Below are positions 1-11,492 of a DNA stretch of 64,000 nt, piece after piece (within the stretch, counting starts at the first letter, position 1; every line of letters starts with the position of its first letter). The stretch covers positions 518,663-582,662 of the forward strand of contig MU008195.1 of assembly GCA_010909165.1 (NCBI GenBank), given 5' to 3'. The translations under genes and the position numbers were made by a program. Source of the DNA: Anthoceros angustus. Its lineage: Eukaryota > Plantae > Anthocerotophyta. The notes beneath the pieces are model-generated. The model was not told the DNA's origin. It made no database searches and saw only the letters and a program-made list of their open reading frames with translations.

Positions 1-1570
1 TAAGACCTTGGTCTTCGGACCTTGTAATAAAATTAAAATGAAAGAATGGGTCACGCATATGCATTCTAAAACGAACGGGTTGCATCTCCCCATACACCTA
101 TACCATATGTAGCTTTGTGTGCCAAGAACACTACGCGAGTTGCTGATGAAGGGCTTGGATTACGTTAAACTAGTTTGGGTTTGGTTAATCAACGAACATG
201 CCAATGACTGCAAATACTATCCATGGGAAATAAAAATGCGAGTGAAGTTAAACAGCTTCACTCATGAGGGACTCCCGGAATTGTGCTTCGTGCAATTCTA
301 GATTCTGAGCAATCGGGCAACACACTAGCGAGTTTTCGTTGTGCAACCACTCTGCACAGCAAACACAAGTTGGCTAATGACACCAGCTTGAATTAAGGCT
401 GTTCTTTTTACTTCTACATCAAATGTGGTCAGAGTGTCACCGCTGGGCCCACAGAGCTCGCTGAGTGGAAGCACAGACCTCTGTGCCCATGTGCCGAATG
501 AGGGTCAAAATTCTTGCCTTGCATTTGGCCCTAAGAGCCAACATGTCCGGATCCTTGCCCACTAGCTTGTCCAAACGCAGCAATGCCAGCTCCTTGTTCA
601 CTTGCAGTTCTTTGACTTTGCATCACAAGTTACCCCGGGAGCAACCTAGGGTGGAAACTATAACGGCACACTAGTTAAACACTAACTCATGGATTAGCTT
701 AGTGTTCACCCTTCGAAAGATACCGTATTGAGTGTGAAACTCTTTAAAATAACCTCTGACTGCTTAAACTAGTATTCGCGTGACCCGGGCTCACATGGGA
801 TCCTTGAGGGTGAATCTCTTTGAAACAACCTTGGACTTTGCTAAATTAATATTCGGTTCATGTATGATCTTTGCTTTTTTATGCACGTCTAGGCAAATCT
901 TTCTTGGAATCAAATACTAAAGAATATAGTTTTCTCTTAGTGCTTAATTGAATTATCTTTAAAAATATCATGTATTGTATATACAACACAAAGAACATAT
1001 ATAGCCTTCAACATGGGGCTTAAGACCTTGGTCTTCGAACCTCGTAAAAACTTGGTTACAAGGGCTTAAGACCTTGGTCTTGAACCTCGTAAAAACTTGA
1101 TTACAAGGCTTAAGACCTTGGTCTTCAAACTTTGTAAACTTGGTTACAAGGGCTTAAGACCTTGGTCTTGACCTTGTAATAAAATTAAAATGAAAGAATG
1201 GGTCCATGCATATGCATTCTAAAACGAAGCAGGTTGCATCTCCCCATACACCTATACCATATGTAGCTTTGTGTGCCAAGAACACTACAGGTTGATGAAG
1301 GGCTTGGATTACGTTAAACTAGTTTGGGTTTGGTTAATCAACGAACATGCCAATGACTGCAAATACTATCCATGGGAAATAAAAATGCGAGTGAAGTTCT
1401 TCACTCATGAGGGACTCCGAATTGTGCTGCGGTTTCCCCTAGATTCGAGCAATCCCGGGCAACACACTAGCGAGTTTTCGTTGTGCAACCACTCTGCACA
1501 GCAAACACAAGTTGGCTAATGACACCAGCTTGAATTAAGGCTGTTCTTTTTACTTCTACATCAAATGTGG
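1..1570. repeat. Direct duplication of ~420 bp (1-428 and 1155-1570)
   Basis: Both copies run from TAAGACCTTGGTCTT to CTTCTACATCAAATGTGG. ORFs 119..301 and 1271..1519 share the peptide LMKGLDYVKLVWVWLINEHANDCKYYPWEIKMRVK. Confidence 0.9.
1017..1170. repeat. ~46-bp tandem repeat, about 3.5 copies
   Basis: GGCTTAAGACCTTGGTCTT(C)GAACCTCGTAAAAACTTGGTTACAA is reiterated head-to-tail. Confidence 0.9.
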
Positions 1571-2356
1571 CTGTAGTGTCACTGTTTTCCGGCCCACATA
1601 TAGAAGATCCCAAGTCTTTCCCTAACTTTCTTCTAAGTTATAAGCATTAGCAACAACTTCGGCCCCGGTTACCATCCTTCAAATGTCTAGCTGTCTTGTT
1701 TTCGGGGTGATGCAAGACAACCAATCCCTATTTATCAATCTGCCATTCTTCGTAGGCCAACATCGATCCTCATCCTTCTTAAATTCTTTCTCAATTCCTT
1801 TCATCTCTGTCTGAAGGTCTGAGGAGCGCAACATGGAAATCACATTATTGATCAACGACTTGTGACATGTTTTGAACATGCACAAAGCATAGGAACAATG
1901 TCAAGCAATCGAAGAGATGTCAATTTGGATGTTCCATATGTATAGACTAAACAACAAGTCTTGAAGACAGATGTGTCTCGCAAGGTACACGTGCAAGTAC
2001 TCCCCGTGGGCCCAGGCAAGGTCCTGCGGCTTGATACTTTGTAAAGTACTAAGTCCTATGTCAAGAAAATTCCATCCAAGTGGACTATTATTTAGACTTC
2101 TTCCTCTTCTAAGATGATGGTGACAAGCATATACCACATGTTTTGGATGAAAAAAATAAAAATATACCAAGCACATATTCTTGATGTGGTTCCAAGGTAA
2201 GTAAGGTTCTTTAATGCAGGTGTGCTTGAGTCTTCTCATTTCTTCCTAATATTTGCACAAGCAATTTGTGACATTTATGATCTAATGGTGGTTTGAGGAA
2301 CCTTACTTCCCATGCAATCTTATCAAGTTATTTTGGGCCTAGTTTTCCATATATAT

Positions 2357-2600
2357 CACTACTAGAAAATCAGGCCAAAAACAATGAACTTTACAACGGC
2401 TTTTACTGTAATTTTATCACAGGCGTAGTAAAATACGTGTTATAAACACCCTTTTGTTATGGCTGTCGTAAAAGACTATCTCACATATACCTGGCTATAT
2501 GCCGTATTGTATATGGTATTGTCCATGGTATATGGTGTACCTTAACGAGGTATGTATACTATACATCGGTTAGACTTTACTACAATTGGTTACTACGGCT
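2357..2600 (+). mobile_element. Possible CACTA (En/Spm) transposon terminus
   Basis: CACTACTAGAAAA at 2357 matches the CACTA TIR pattern and is followed by short CGTAGTAA/TTACTACG-type motifs. No matching opposite end (TTTTCTAGTAGTG) was found. Confidence 0.35.
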
Positions 2601-3921
2601 TTTAGGCCGGGCTTGCATGAAAGATACAAAGTTGGGGGACCCAGTGCTTTGCCGGTTAGTGATGCCGACCCGGCTCGGAGCTAGGTTTAAACAAGAAGGC
2701 TATGCCGATCCGGAATGACCGCCATTATGGTAAGTGTGTAACAAATACCGATAACGAATATAAATATTCGTATAATAATTTCCGGGTATTAAAGGTCAAT
2801 CATATTTAATGACTTAAAGATGTCGATCATGGCATGAGGACGGGCACGCTTGCCTATAATAATGTGAATACCTGAGTCGGTGTTATTCCCGAGCTTTTCG
2901 TAGCCGGCCCAGGCTACATGGAAACTGGCCCTTACTAAGTTATAGGGTTTTTGATAGAGACTGCTTCACTCAAGAAATTAATAACTCAAACAAAATTTTC
3001 ATAGTTAACCTCCAAACTCTTAATTCCAAAACGGATTACTGAATTGACGCAAAATGAGTTAATTTGCGTATGTTTCCGATAACTAAATTCTTTTGGTGAT
3101 GCCTTTGTGCTTGGCTCATTTGAATAAAGTGTGTTGGACATTTATCGACCATGCTAGATGCTGCAGGGAACAACATCGCTATATCTATCAGCATCTAGAG
3201 CACATCGATCACATAGATTCCAAAAGATGCCACCCATTCAAGGTAGTCTACCTCTAGTTGTATCCTACCGTAGTCCCTTCTACCCTGCACTTTGACCCGC
3301 CCTCTTGCTCGCTCCTATCCGATGGTCCACTCCCTTCCTATCCGTTGGTCGGTTGTCTGGGTTACACTAACAGATCTTCGGTGAGGATATTCCTCGTCTA
3401 TTTAACATAGTGGTCACCAATTTTTCTCCAAAGACCGTGTCCAGTCGATAGTGTAGCACAGCATAGAGCTTGGTAGGTCTAGTTGATACCTACATCAAAC
3501 TCTAGCAGTATTGTTTTGTGTAACCTCTGGTTAGCTTTATTGGACAGGTCAATTTCTATTTCCAAAAGTAGTTAGGCATGATAGAGGACTCAATGGAACC
3601 CATTTTTTGGGAGGATATGCATCATATGATCTTTTGGCGATAAATTTTGCTCAAATTTTTCTTACATCCTGGATCATAATTAAGCAAAGATGCCCCATCT
3701 CATGTATAATTGTTTAGTCTCATCCATCCACTTGAAAAAATGTTGATGTAAGCTTTAGTAGCTAAACGTTTTTCAGAGGACATGGAATGGTAGAGGGGAT
3801 CATCTTGGCCACTGTGAAGCAGATTACTGCACCAACTTATTTTTTTGGAATTAGTTATAATTTCAAAACCTTAAATAAGTAAAAGTAGCTGAAACCCCGC
3901 TTTGGGGTTCAAGGGTTAATA

Positions 3922-5286
3922 TCAATCAGCCAATGATAAACAAATAGAAAGCATTCCGACAAAGAAATAGATAAAGAAGAAACCTAAAACATAAGGGGAT
4001 ACCAAGAAAAGAAACATATAGAAAGCTTGTTCCTCTCCAAGTGGAGGAGGAGCAGGAGGAGGATGTACGTGAGGTTTGGGGATGGAACAATTTAAAGAAT
4101 ATTTAGGATAACCTTTCAGATCAGCCAATCCCCAAAATTGCTCAAACCATCGCCCGTGTAAAGTGGGTTTCAAGTTTTCGTCCACCAATCCAGATATAAA
4201 GACTTCAATAGCTTGGTTCGGTCGAAGTGGAGTACCCTTTCTGCTACGCAAATAGTTGCATAGACCTTGATTAAATCTTTGTGCAGATGTCACATTTGCA
4301 ATGTCGGTACCACGTGTTGGCCATCCTACTCCATCCACTATGATCTTCATGTCTGCGAACCCCATGTTTGTTAATGCACCTACAACCATGTCGTAGGTTG
4401 CTACAAAATCGTTGTGATAGCCATTTGCATCTCTATAATGGCTGTGAAAAAATGCATCAGATAAAGGATAATGATCATCCTTATATATATCCAAGAATGG
4501 GTTTATATTGATTGTAAATGCTCCATTTATTGCATGTAAGAATTGAACAATGTCCGTCACCAATGCAGAAGAGTTTGCAGTGAAATTTGCCAATGATGGA
4601 CTTCCATTGTTTGATATGATGTCTCCGCTAAACGGAACGGTAAGAGTAACAATATGATCAAGACCTGTTTGTTTTAAAACATGATATAAATTTTTCAAAG
4701 TTGGCAATAATGCGACACTATATTTATCATAATGAGGATCATAAGAGGACAACGCTTCGTAGCCTACGGCAAGTGATCTGTACAACATATTAAATTTGGA
4801 GTTAGATAACACACAATCAAATATTATGTTCAGCTTAAAAAAATTGGTAGAACATTAGACCACAAACATAAATCAAAAGACTTACGTGATATTCAATCCT
4901 GCATTGCGATAATGTATTACAAGGTCAAGAATCCAAAGATGAGCTGCATTTTTATCTTTTGAAATATGTAAGGCATCATCGTTACTACATTGAACTACTA
5001 CTTCAAAATGTAAATCTTGAGCCTGAAGACTTGAGTTAGAATATTCAGAATGAACAAATTCACTCAATATTGAATGATTTGATGGAAAGACCTTCACTTT
5101 ATCAAATCCATACGATTTGATGAGTTTGACACCATGCTTTGCATCGAGAATTTGATTTGAAAGAGTCCCCCAATTAACACCAATTCCTTGAACTCCCAAA
5201 ATGATCGTATGAAGAATAAATATGTAAATTACTATAATAAGAAATATAATATTAGATTCCATCGCTATAAGATATTTCAGAGTCAT
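3922..5286 (-). CDS. GH17 glucan endo-1,3-beta-glucosidase-like protein, 2 exons (5286-4886, 4777-3922), ~418 aa, with signal peptide and C-terminal TM helix
   Basis: GIGVNWG after a hydrophobic signal, then AVGYE, PFTININPF, GWPT and LVDEN motifs. GT..AG intron 4885-4778 (AC|GTAAGT, TACAG|AT) joins the exons in frame as LNIT-SLAVGYE; total 1257 nt. First ATG is at 5286 (the listed ORF start is TTG). Confidence 0.9.
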
Positions 5287-6202
5287 GACATCACTCAATA
5301 TTCCGACATCTTGTGATGAAAAACCTTGCTATCCAAAGCTTCGATGGGAATTACACTGAAAACATTCAAGTCAAAATAACCATATAAATGCTGATTGTCT
5401 TAAACTGAAACAAAATCTTCAAAAATGAATTACTTGCGAAAGAAGCACCAAAAAACAAAATCTTCAAAAATTTTACAAGACTTTAATGCTTCTAGACATA
5501 ACATTCCCAACCCCATTAATCTAAGCAATGGAAGGGCATTCATGACATAAACTAACTAACTCATAATATTACCTAATAGAGACTGTACTATTGTTTCAAA
5601 ACAACAAAACTCATCATAAAAAACTCAAATCAAAGTGTCCTTGTGAGATACGCAAACAAACTACACCAATGAAGCTATCTCGCACATCCACATCAGTGGA
5701 AAAAACTTACATGAAAAATTTTGCAATCCTTATTCTCACCGCGAGAACTCATTCCGGAAGGCTTACACTCTAGTTGTTCTTGGGGATATTCACACTCTAT
5801 GAGATCTTTGAGTGAAAAAACCTTGCACTTAACCCAAATCTAACTGTAAATGAGAAAATAATGCACAGAAAAACTTACACTCCATAAGGTACCGACAAAT
5901 TGTTGCATGACACAGCTTTCGTAAACTCTCCATATGTTCAACTCTAAGAATCCTAAGAGATTGCGAGCTTAGGTTTTTTGGAGCTGGCGAGTGAGCACTT
6001 TAAGTATACATAAAACCTGAAAAGCAAGCCTTAAAAGAGAGGTGATTAATATTTCTGTTTATTACTTGTATATGAATTACTTCTAAAAATAATTCCTTGT
6101 TCAGTATAGCCTCAAGGGAAGTGGAGAAGTGATAGCCGTTGCTACGATCTGGTGTGATATGTTACCCGATGCGTGAGGTACATGTGGGGACTTATGAGGA
6201 TC

Positions 6203-6310
6203 CAATTTGGTGTGAAATATTGCTCGTGTATGACCAGGCCACTCCAATTTGGTGTGAAATATTGCTCGTGTATGACCAGGCCACTTCAATTTGGTATGAA
6301 ATATTACTCA
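6203..6310. repeat. 42-bp tandem repeat, ~2.5 copies
   Basis: CCAATTTGGTGTGAAATATTGCTCGTGTATGACCAGGCCACT is repeated. Confidence 0.9.
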
Positions 6311-7245
6311 ATGCATAACTTATAATTTAGTACAAATCCTCCATAATTCTAGTACAAAACCAGCTCAAATCAATAAAAAAAAAATCGAGCGTTAAGTAGT
6401 GCTCCAATCACCATCTGCCCTAGCTAGCATGTCCCGGAGCCAGAGCCGGGTACATTTGGAGTGGGCTTATGTGGCGTGGGTGTTAAATGAATAGATGTTT
6501 TAATTGGAGATATATGTTAAAAATAAGTGCTTTAATTTATTCAAAGTAGAATAGTTCGTTGGTGGTGGATTAGATGGGAACTCTATATAGTTAAGCACCC
6601 TGTGCCCGGATCCCTACGAGGATAGAGTGCCTTTTAAAGAAAAGTTTTGAAATAAAATAGGAAATTCTAATGACGGTATCTCGCGCGGGCTTCTCTTTGG
6701 GCTGATGATTATGCTGCCTCCATTTTCTTCTGCTTCATGTTCGAGGTAGAGGAGGACGTTGATTTTGGAGAGCCAGCAAAAACCTAATGGTCTGTCCGGG
6801 ATGTGGTCAGCTACTTTCCACCTGCTCTGAGAAGTCTGGTCTTGCTCTAACCACTTGAGCACCAGGGATAGTGATTTTGGGGGGATTACCCCCCAAACAG
6901 AGGTGAGAGCCTTTGCCACACCCCTGGAGTTAAAAGAAACAGCACCCCTGATGCTTCTTCCCCAAAGGTGCCCGTTGTTGTTGATTCCTCTGCTATTGGT
7001 AAAGCGTGAAAGGTGGTGAAGAGCCCCAAGAGGAACACTAACACTGGTGTTGGCTGCCCTGCTAAGGTTTCCTCTCCTACTACTTCTAGCAATGTCCAGG
7101 CGGAGGCCCCTCCTTCTGCTACTGGGGCACGAACACATACAGAGGTTATGTCGTCACGTGGTGACACTGCTGACAGGGGTTACTGTTCAGCGAAAAGGAA
7201 AAGCCCAGGCCTTACCACCTATCACCGACCCGCCGCTTGCTGAGA

Positions 7246-8630
7246 TTATGTCCGTGGCGCCCACGTATGCATGTGACATTGAGATGTTAGAACAGCAAGC
7301 GAATTGCTCACAAGAAGCAGATCCCCGGGTTTCACCCCACTGGTCACAAACAAGCCCCGCCCCATCGACCCATCCCCTTGCTGGGCCAGCCTGATCTCCA
7401 CCGGCCCCACAAAATCTTTGCACTTGGGAGCAACCACTCGCCCACCGCCAGCATAACAGTCGTTGAGATCAGCATACTTCCCCGACCTGCGCTGTTTGTC
7501 CCCTTCCTCCGCATCTCTGAGCATTCCCTCCAGCTTCGTCCGAGAAGGACCATCTAGCCCTCCATCCCTCATCACCTCATGCAGCAGCCGCGACGCCTCG
7601 TGGAAGATTTCCAACCCACACAGAGCCCTCACTTTCCTAGCTATGCTCTTCACATGACCAGCATCTTGCTCCAAAGCCTTGACAGCATCCCCCAGAGCCT
7701 CCTCATACTTCTCCAGCTTCAGCCAAGCCTCCGCCCTGTTGGAGTAGGCAAGGACAAAGCCCTCATTCACCCTCTCGCGATGCAGTTCCTCAGTCCCCTC
7801 TATCACAGAAACAAGCCTGCTAGACACCTCCACAGCCTTCACCCACTCCCCAGCTTTACAACACTTCCTTCCCTCCCCACGCAGCTCCTCCACGGATCGC
7901 AAAACTCCCTCTCCACTAGAGCTCGCACGCCCATCTGTCGCCTCTCTCGTGTACTTGGCTGCTTGCAATTGCCCTGCCCTTTGGACGGAGCCACATGCAC
8001 AACGTCCTCATCCAAGCGCACTAAATCATCTGGATTGTCCACTCTCTCAACCAGACGCCCATCCTGGGCCACCTTGAAACACGGTTCCTTCACCGCAATC
8101 ATCTGTCCCTTCGGAAAAAACTTGGCCACCATCCTCTCATGAGCATTCGACTTGAGCGCGCGATACACTGTCAAAACGGTGACAGCCTCGGCCTCGGCCT
8201 CCAAAATTTTCATCACGGAAAAGAGGCGGAACGCGTCCTCGATCAGCTTGCCATACAGCACCCGCCCCTGGTGCCTCGTATCCGCTGTCAGCTCGCTGCA
8301 CCACCCACAAGCACCCAATGCCATCCATCAATCAAGCAAACAATCTCCACCACCAGGCTTGCATGCAAAGAAACCATCCAATTCCTTGGAGCTTCCTGAT
8401 CAGGATGTGGCGGAGGCTTGACAATCTAGAGCAGCTCTCAACGGGGGAGGTGGATCATCCAGCTTGGAAATCTTGAACTGGTTCGTGTGTCGAAGGTATG
8501 GGCTCTTCTGGGTGCCCTCGCAGCTCTGAAATCTACAAGCAAACTCTCCCCCGTCTCTCTGGGCGCGTAGATTGAAGCCACTCAGCAACCTGCTCATGGT
8601 ATCCTCCGAACTCCCCATGGCTGGAACCAT
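7246..8630 (-). pseudogene. TPR + SET-domain protein (ATXR1/SDG35-like), disrupted and truncated
   Basis: TPR helices (LAYSNRAEAWLKLEKYEEALGDAVKALE) and SET N-half (FVGPVEIR...GRGLFVTSGVKPGDLLLVSNSLAV). Upstream domain RHQGRVLYGKL..DAFR..VKEPCFK..RVDNP is in another frame. Stop at 8400, frameshift at ~7900-8005, and no NHSCxPN SET C-half downstream. Confidence 0.75.
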
Positions 8631-8721
8631 AATTGCTCTGCGATGAAACCAGAATGGATGTGGGCTGAAACCAGAATTTCTCTCGTCTGAAACCAGAATG
8701 GCTCGGGCCTGAAACCAGAAT
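8622..8721. repeat. Five 12-bp cores (TGAAACCAGAAT) at an exact 22-bp period with variable 10-bp spacers
   Basis: Cores start at 8622 (TGGAACCATAAT, 2 mismatches), 8644, 8666, 8688 and 8710. Confidence 0.9.
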
Positions 8722-8787
8722 GCCTCCGGTCTGCTAGATTTAGTAGAGTGAGGCGTTGGGAGTGATTTCTAAACTTTTTTAGATTGA

Positions 8788-8797
8788 TATATATAAA
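8788..8797 (+). promoter_or_regulatory. TATA-like element upstream of tRNA gene
   Basis: TATATATAAA ~-30 from the tRNA 5' end, with CAA just upstream of +1; typical plant tRNA gene flank. Confidence 0.6.
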
Positions 8798-8818
8798 GCT
8801 GTCACTGGAACATAACAA

Positions 8819-8891
8819 GCCGCCCTAGCTCAGTTGGTAGAGCGCAAGGCTCTTAACCTTGTGGTCGGGGGTTCGAGCCCCCCGGGCGGCG
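8819..8891 (+). tRNA. trnK-CUU: tRNA-Lys (anticodon CTT), 73 nt, intronless
   Basis: Acceptor stem GCCGCCC/GGGCGGC, D-arm AGCTCAGTTGGTAGAGC, anticodon arm CAAGG-CTCTTAA-CCTTG, T-arm GGGGG-TTCGAGC-CCCCC. Confidence 0.97.
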
Positions 8892-8908
8892 AGCAAGTCA
8901 GATTGTCA

Positions 8909-8913
8909 TTTTT
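8909..8913 (+). terminator. Pol III terminator (T5)
   Basis: TTTTT 17 nt after the tRNA 3' end. Confidence 0.65.
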
Positions 8914-9269
8914 ATCTTGGGCTCACGAGGACACAAGCCTGAACCTGGCAGACATGCAGGATCGGAAATAGGCGTCGTGGCGGTTGTAACTGTGAGCACG
9001 TTGTGCCTCTTTGGGAAGCTTTCTGAGGCCGTTCCTACAACTGTATCATGATATGCACGGGTCAGGAGGGTAGGCGGATGCTCACGTCTTTGTAGCTGCC
9101 CTTCTGGCTTGTGCATTTGCCCTTCTGACTTGGAATCTGGCCGAAGAGAACATGGCGGTGGATGGTAGGTGTAGCCGCTGTGCCTCCAGCTGTCCAAGCT
9201 GTGTTGTTCTTCTTGCGGGCATCGCCTCGCTGGCTTTACAGATTTCTGGTAGAGATGTTCTGAGGATAT

Positions 9270-9700
9270 TGGGAATATGCGTGTATGCCTTAGACTCCTT
9301 TCAGGTGCACTCTGATCTGTTGCAACACAATGGCATTCCTCTTAACATGTTTCTTGGCACCTGCCTGGTGAACATCTATGCAAAATGTGGGGGAGGTGGA
9401 AGAGCAGGGCAGGCAGCTGCATTCAGACTGTTGAAGGAGGACTGCTGGATAACGTAGTCGTGGGCAACTGCCTGGTGGACACGTATGTCAAAATGTGGCT
9501 AACTGGAAGCTTCACGCCGGGTTCTGGACATCATTGCCACAAAGGATGTGGTGACACGGAATGCCCTGATATCTGGGTATGGTACTTGTGATATGATCAC
9601 AGAGCACTAGCTGTCTTGGGGCGGATGTTAGTTGCCGGTATTCTGCCTGATGGTGCTACTTTTATTTTGCATTCTAATAGCATGCAGTCTCTGCAGCATG
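9270..9700 (+). pseudogene. Degenerate PPR gene fragments
   Basis: Frameshifted PPR-like peptides: GIPLNMFLGTCLVNIYAKCG, LLDNVVVGNCLVDTYVK, (W)NALISGY-like DNA GGAATGCCCTGATATCTGGGTATG, MLVAGILPDGATF. Confidence 0.7.
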
Positions 9701-10235
9701 CAGTCCTTGGAGCAGGAGGGGCTGTTACTTCTGCTTTGCCTTTGGAAAGCCTGTGCAAGCCCTGGTGTCTTACACAGGGGCTGGCTGGCTGTTGCACTCA
9801 CAGATTGTTGAGCCACATCGCCAATCCATACACAACCTTTCTTCTTAGGCCTTCCTACATCGCCAATTCGGACAAACCCACAAACAACACGCGGTTCCTG
9901 GACATGAACCGAATCAAATCGTTCATTCCGAAAATGTGTAGTTTCCAACCATAGACAGCTTTGGATGTTCCATGGAGCTTATGTTGTTTAGACTGGAGGA
10001 TAGGCGCGTCTCGCAAGGTACGTGTGAAGTGATATCCTACGGGAGGAAGCAACATGGGAGCGGCGCCATATGGGGCGTACGGGGATGATTAGATACATTC
10101 AAAATTGTGAGTTGCCATAAGATGTAACTTCGTGAGCTACTATTGTAAGCACACGTATAGGTTTGAAGAAGAAAAGAATTTTATTTAAATCCACTAAGGA
10201 CGGATTTTCGTCATGCAACTTGGTACTTTTAATAA

Positions 10236-10360
10236 CTTGTACCATGGTATGCCTAAGCAACTTGCACCAAGGGCATCCATTCCTTTAGGCACCCCATCTT
10301 GTACCATGGTATGTCTAAGCAACTTGCATGAAGGGCATCCATTCCTTTAGGCACCCCATC
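10236..10360. repeat. 62-bp tandem duplication
   Basis: CTTGTACCATGGTATGYCTAAGCAACTTGCA..AAGGGCATCCATTCCTTTAGGCACCCCAT occurs twice. Confidence 0.9.
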
Positions 10361-10781
10361 TAAGTACCGATCCAAGCGCAGGATGCTTAATAATAATGTT
10401 CTTATAAATGTGTGTCCATTTGGCCTAAGCCCTTTGGGTTAGAAGCAATAACTTATCTACAAGCCTCTATTAGTACACTATATGTTGACACAGTCTGTAT
10501 GTCTTACATGACAGGTTTGGATGTCCAAGGGCATTAAACTTCCATAGCCGCCGAGCTGCTTCCCGCGGTGATGAAACTGCGAATTCCTACGTGGGCTAGT
10601 TGAGTGATTCTTCTGCTCGTTTCTCACTTGCCGGGCGCTCCAAATGTGGGAGCTTCGGAATGCAATTCCCGTCACCTTCAAACCGTTTGCTACATTCTTG
10701 CTAATAGACCCACACTTGGGGCTCTTGTGGAGTACGTTTTATGAAGTCTATATAGGTTGTGTCTACTCACTGTCGTTCTGT

Positions 10782-10884
10782 AGACACACCTGCAATGCGG
10801 CTTCTTCGACACCGGTGGTAAGTAAGGCTTTTAAGACACACCTGCAATGCGGCTTCTTCGACACCTGTGGTAAGTAAGGCTTTT
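10782..10884. repeat. 52-bp tandem duplication
   Basis: AGACACACCTGCAATGCGGCTTCTTCGACACC.GTGGTAAGTAAGGCTTTT occurs twice. Confidence 0.9.
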
Positions 10885-11492
10885 TATATTCCTGACCACG
10901 AAGTTCTTCGGATAGTTGGTAGTTTTGAGATGCATGACCGTGGGGGCTAGTCCCCTAGGATGGTGCCCTTCGTTGGGTTTTCCCTTTGTTTTTGGGATGG
11001 ATAGCTTTTTCCCATCTTTCTTTTATAATAAAATCTTTGCTCTCTCTTGACCAAAGTAGGGCAATCTTGAACGTACAAGGTGTCTATGGGACATAGACTT
11101 GACCAAAGTAGGGCAATCTAGAATGTACATAGTGTCTATGAACATTGAGACATAAAGGGAAAGTTCTTGATGGCCGAGGGCATTAAAGTGTACCTAGTCT
11201 ACCTAGTTAATATTCATTTAAACCACTTCAGCAAAAAAGGGGTCCGGTTCCAACTGCTCAACGGCCTCCGTCCCTCCCTTAGCTCAGCCCCGTGCTGCGT
11301 TTTTCTGGACTCGCCGTGCGGATCCGGATCTTCGCGCTTTACTGGTTTTTTCAATGTACATATAAAGGTCCGAAATCGCGATAAAAAACTGCTCAACGGC
11401 CAAGGCCGCTGTCCATGGACAGTCCGAAGTCGTCCTGCCAGTGAGTCTCATAACCCACCTTCCCCTGGCCATGTGTTCGCCACCGTGGAGAG

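Noticed and set aside
430-680. Possible gag zinc-knuckle relic (RGLCFH...WAQR, minus strand)
   Set aside because: Requires several assumed frameshifts and is not backed by other retroelement domains; too weak to call.
6614-7243. ORFs 6614..7138, 6886..7167 and 7013..7243 as a gene or as the SET C-half
   Set aside because: No NHSCxPN or GEE motif in any frame, and no other recognisable domain.
8622-8721. CRISPR array
   Set aside because: Repeats (12 bp) and spacers (10 bp) are far too short, there are no cas genes, and the context is eukaryotic.
10036-10051. CCTACGGGAGGAAGCA resembling the 16S rRNA 341F site
   Set aside because: The flanks show no rRNA similarity; isolated chance match.
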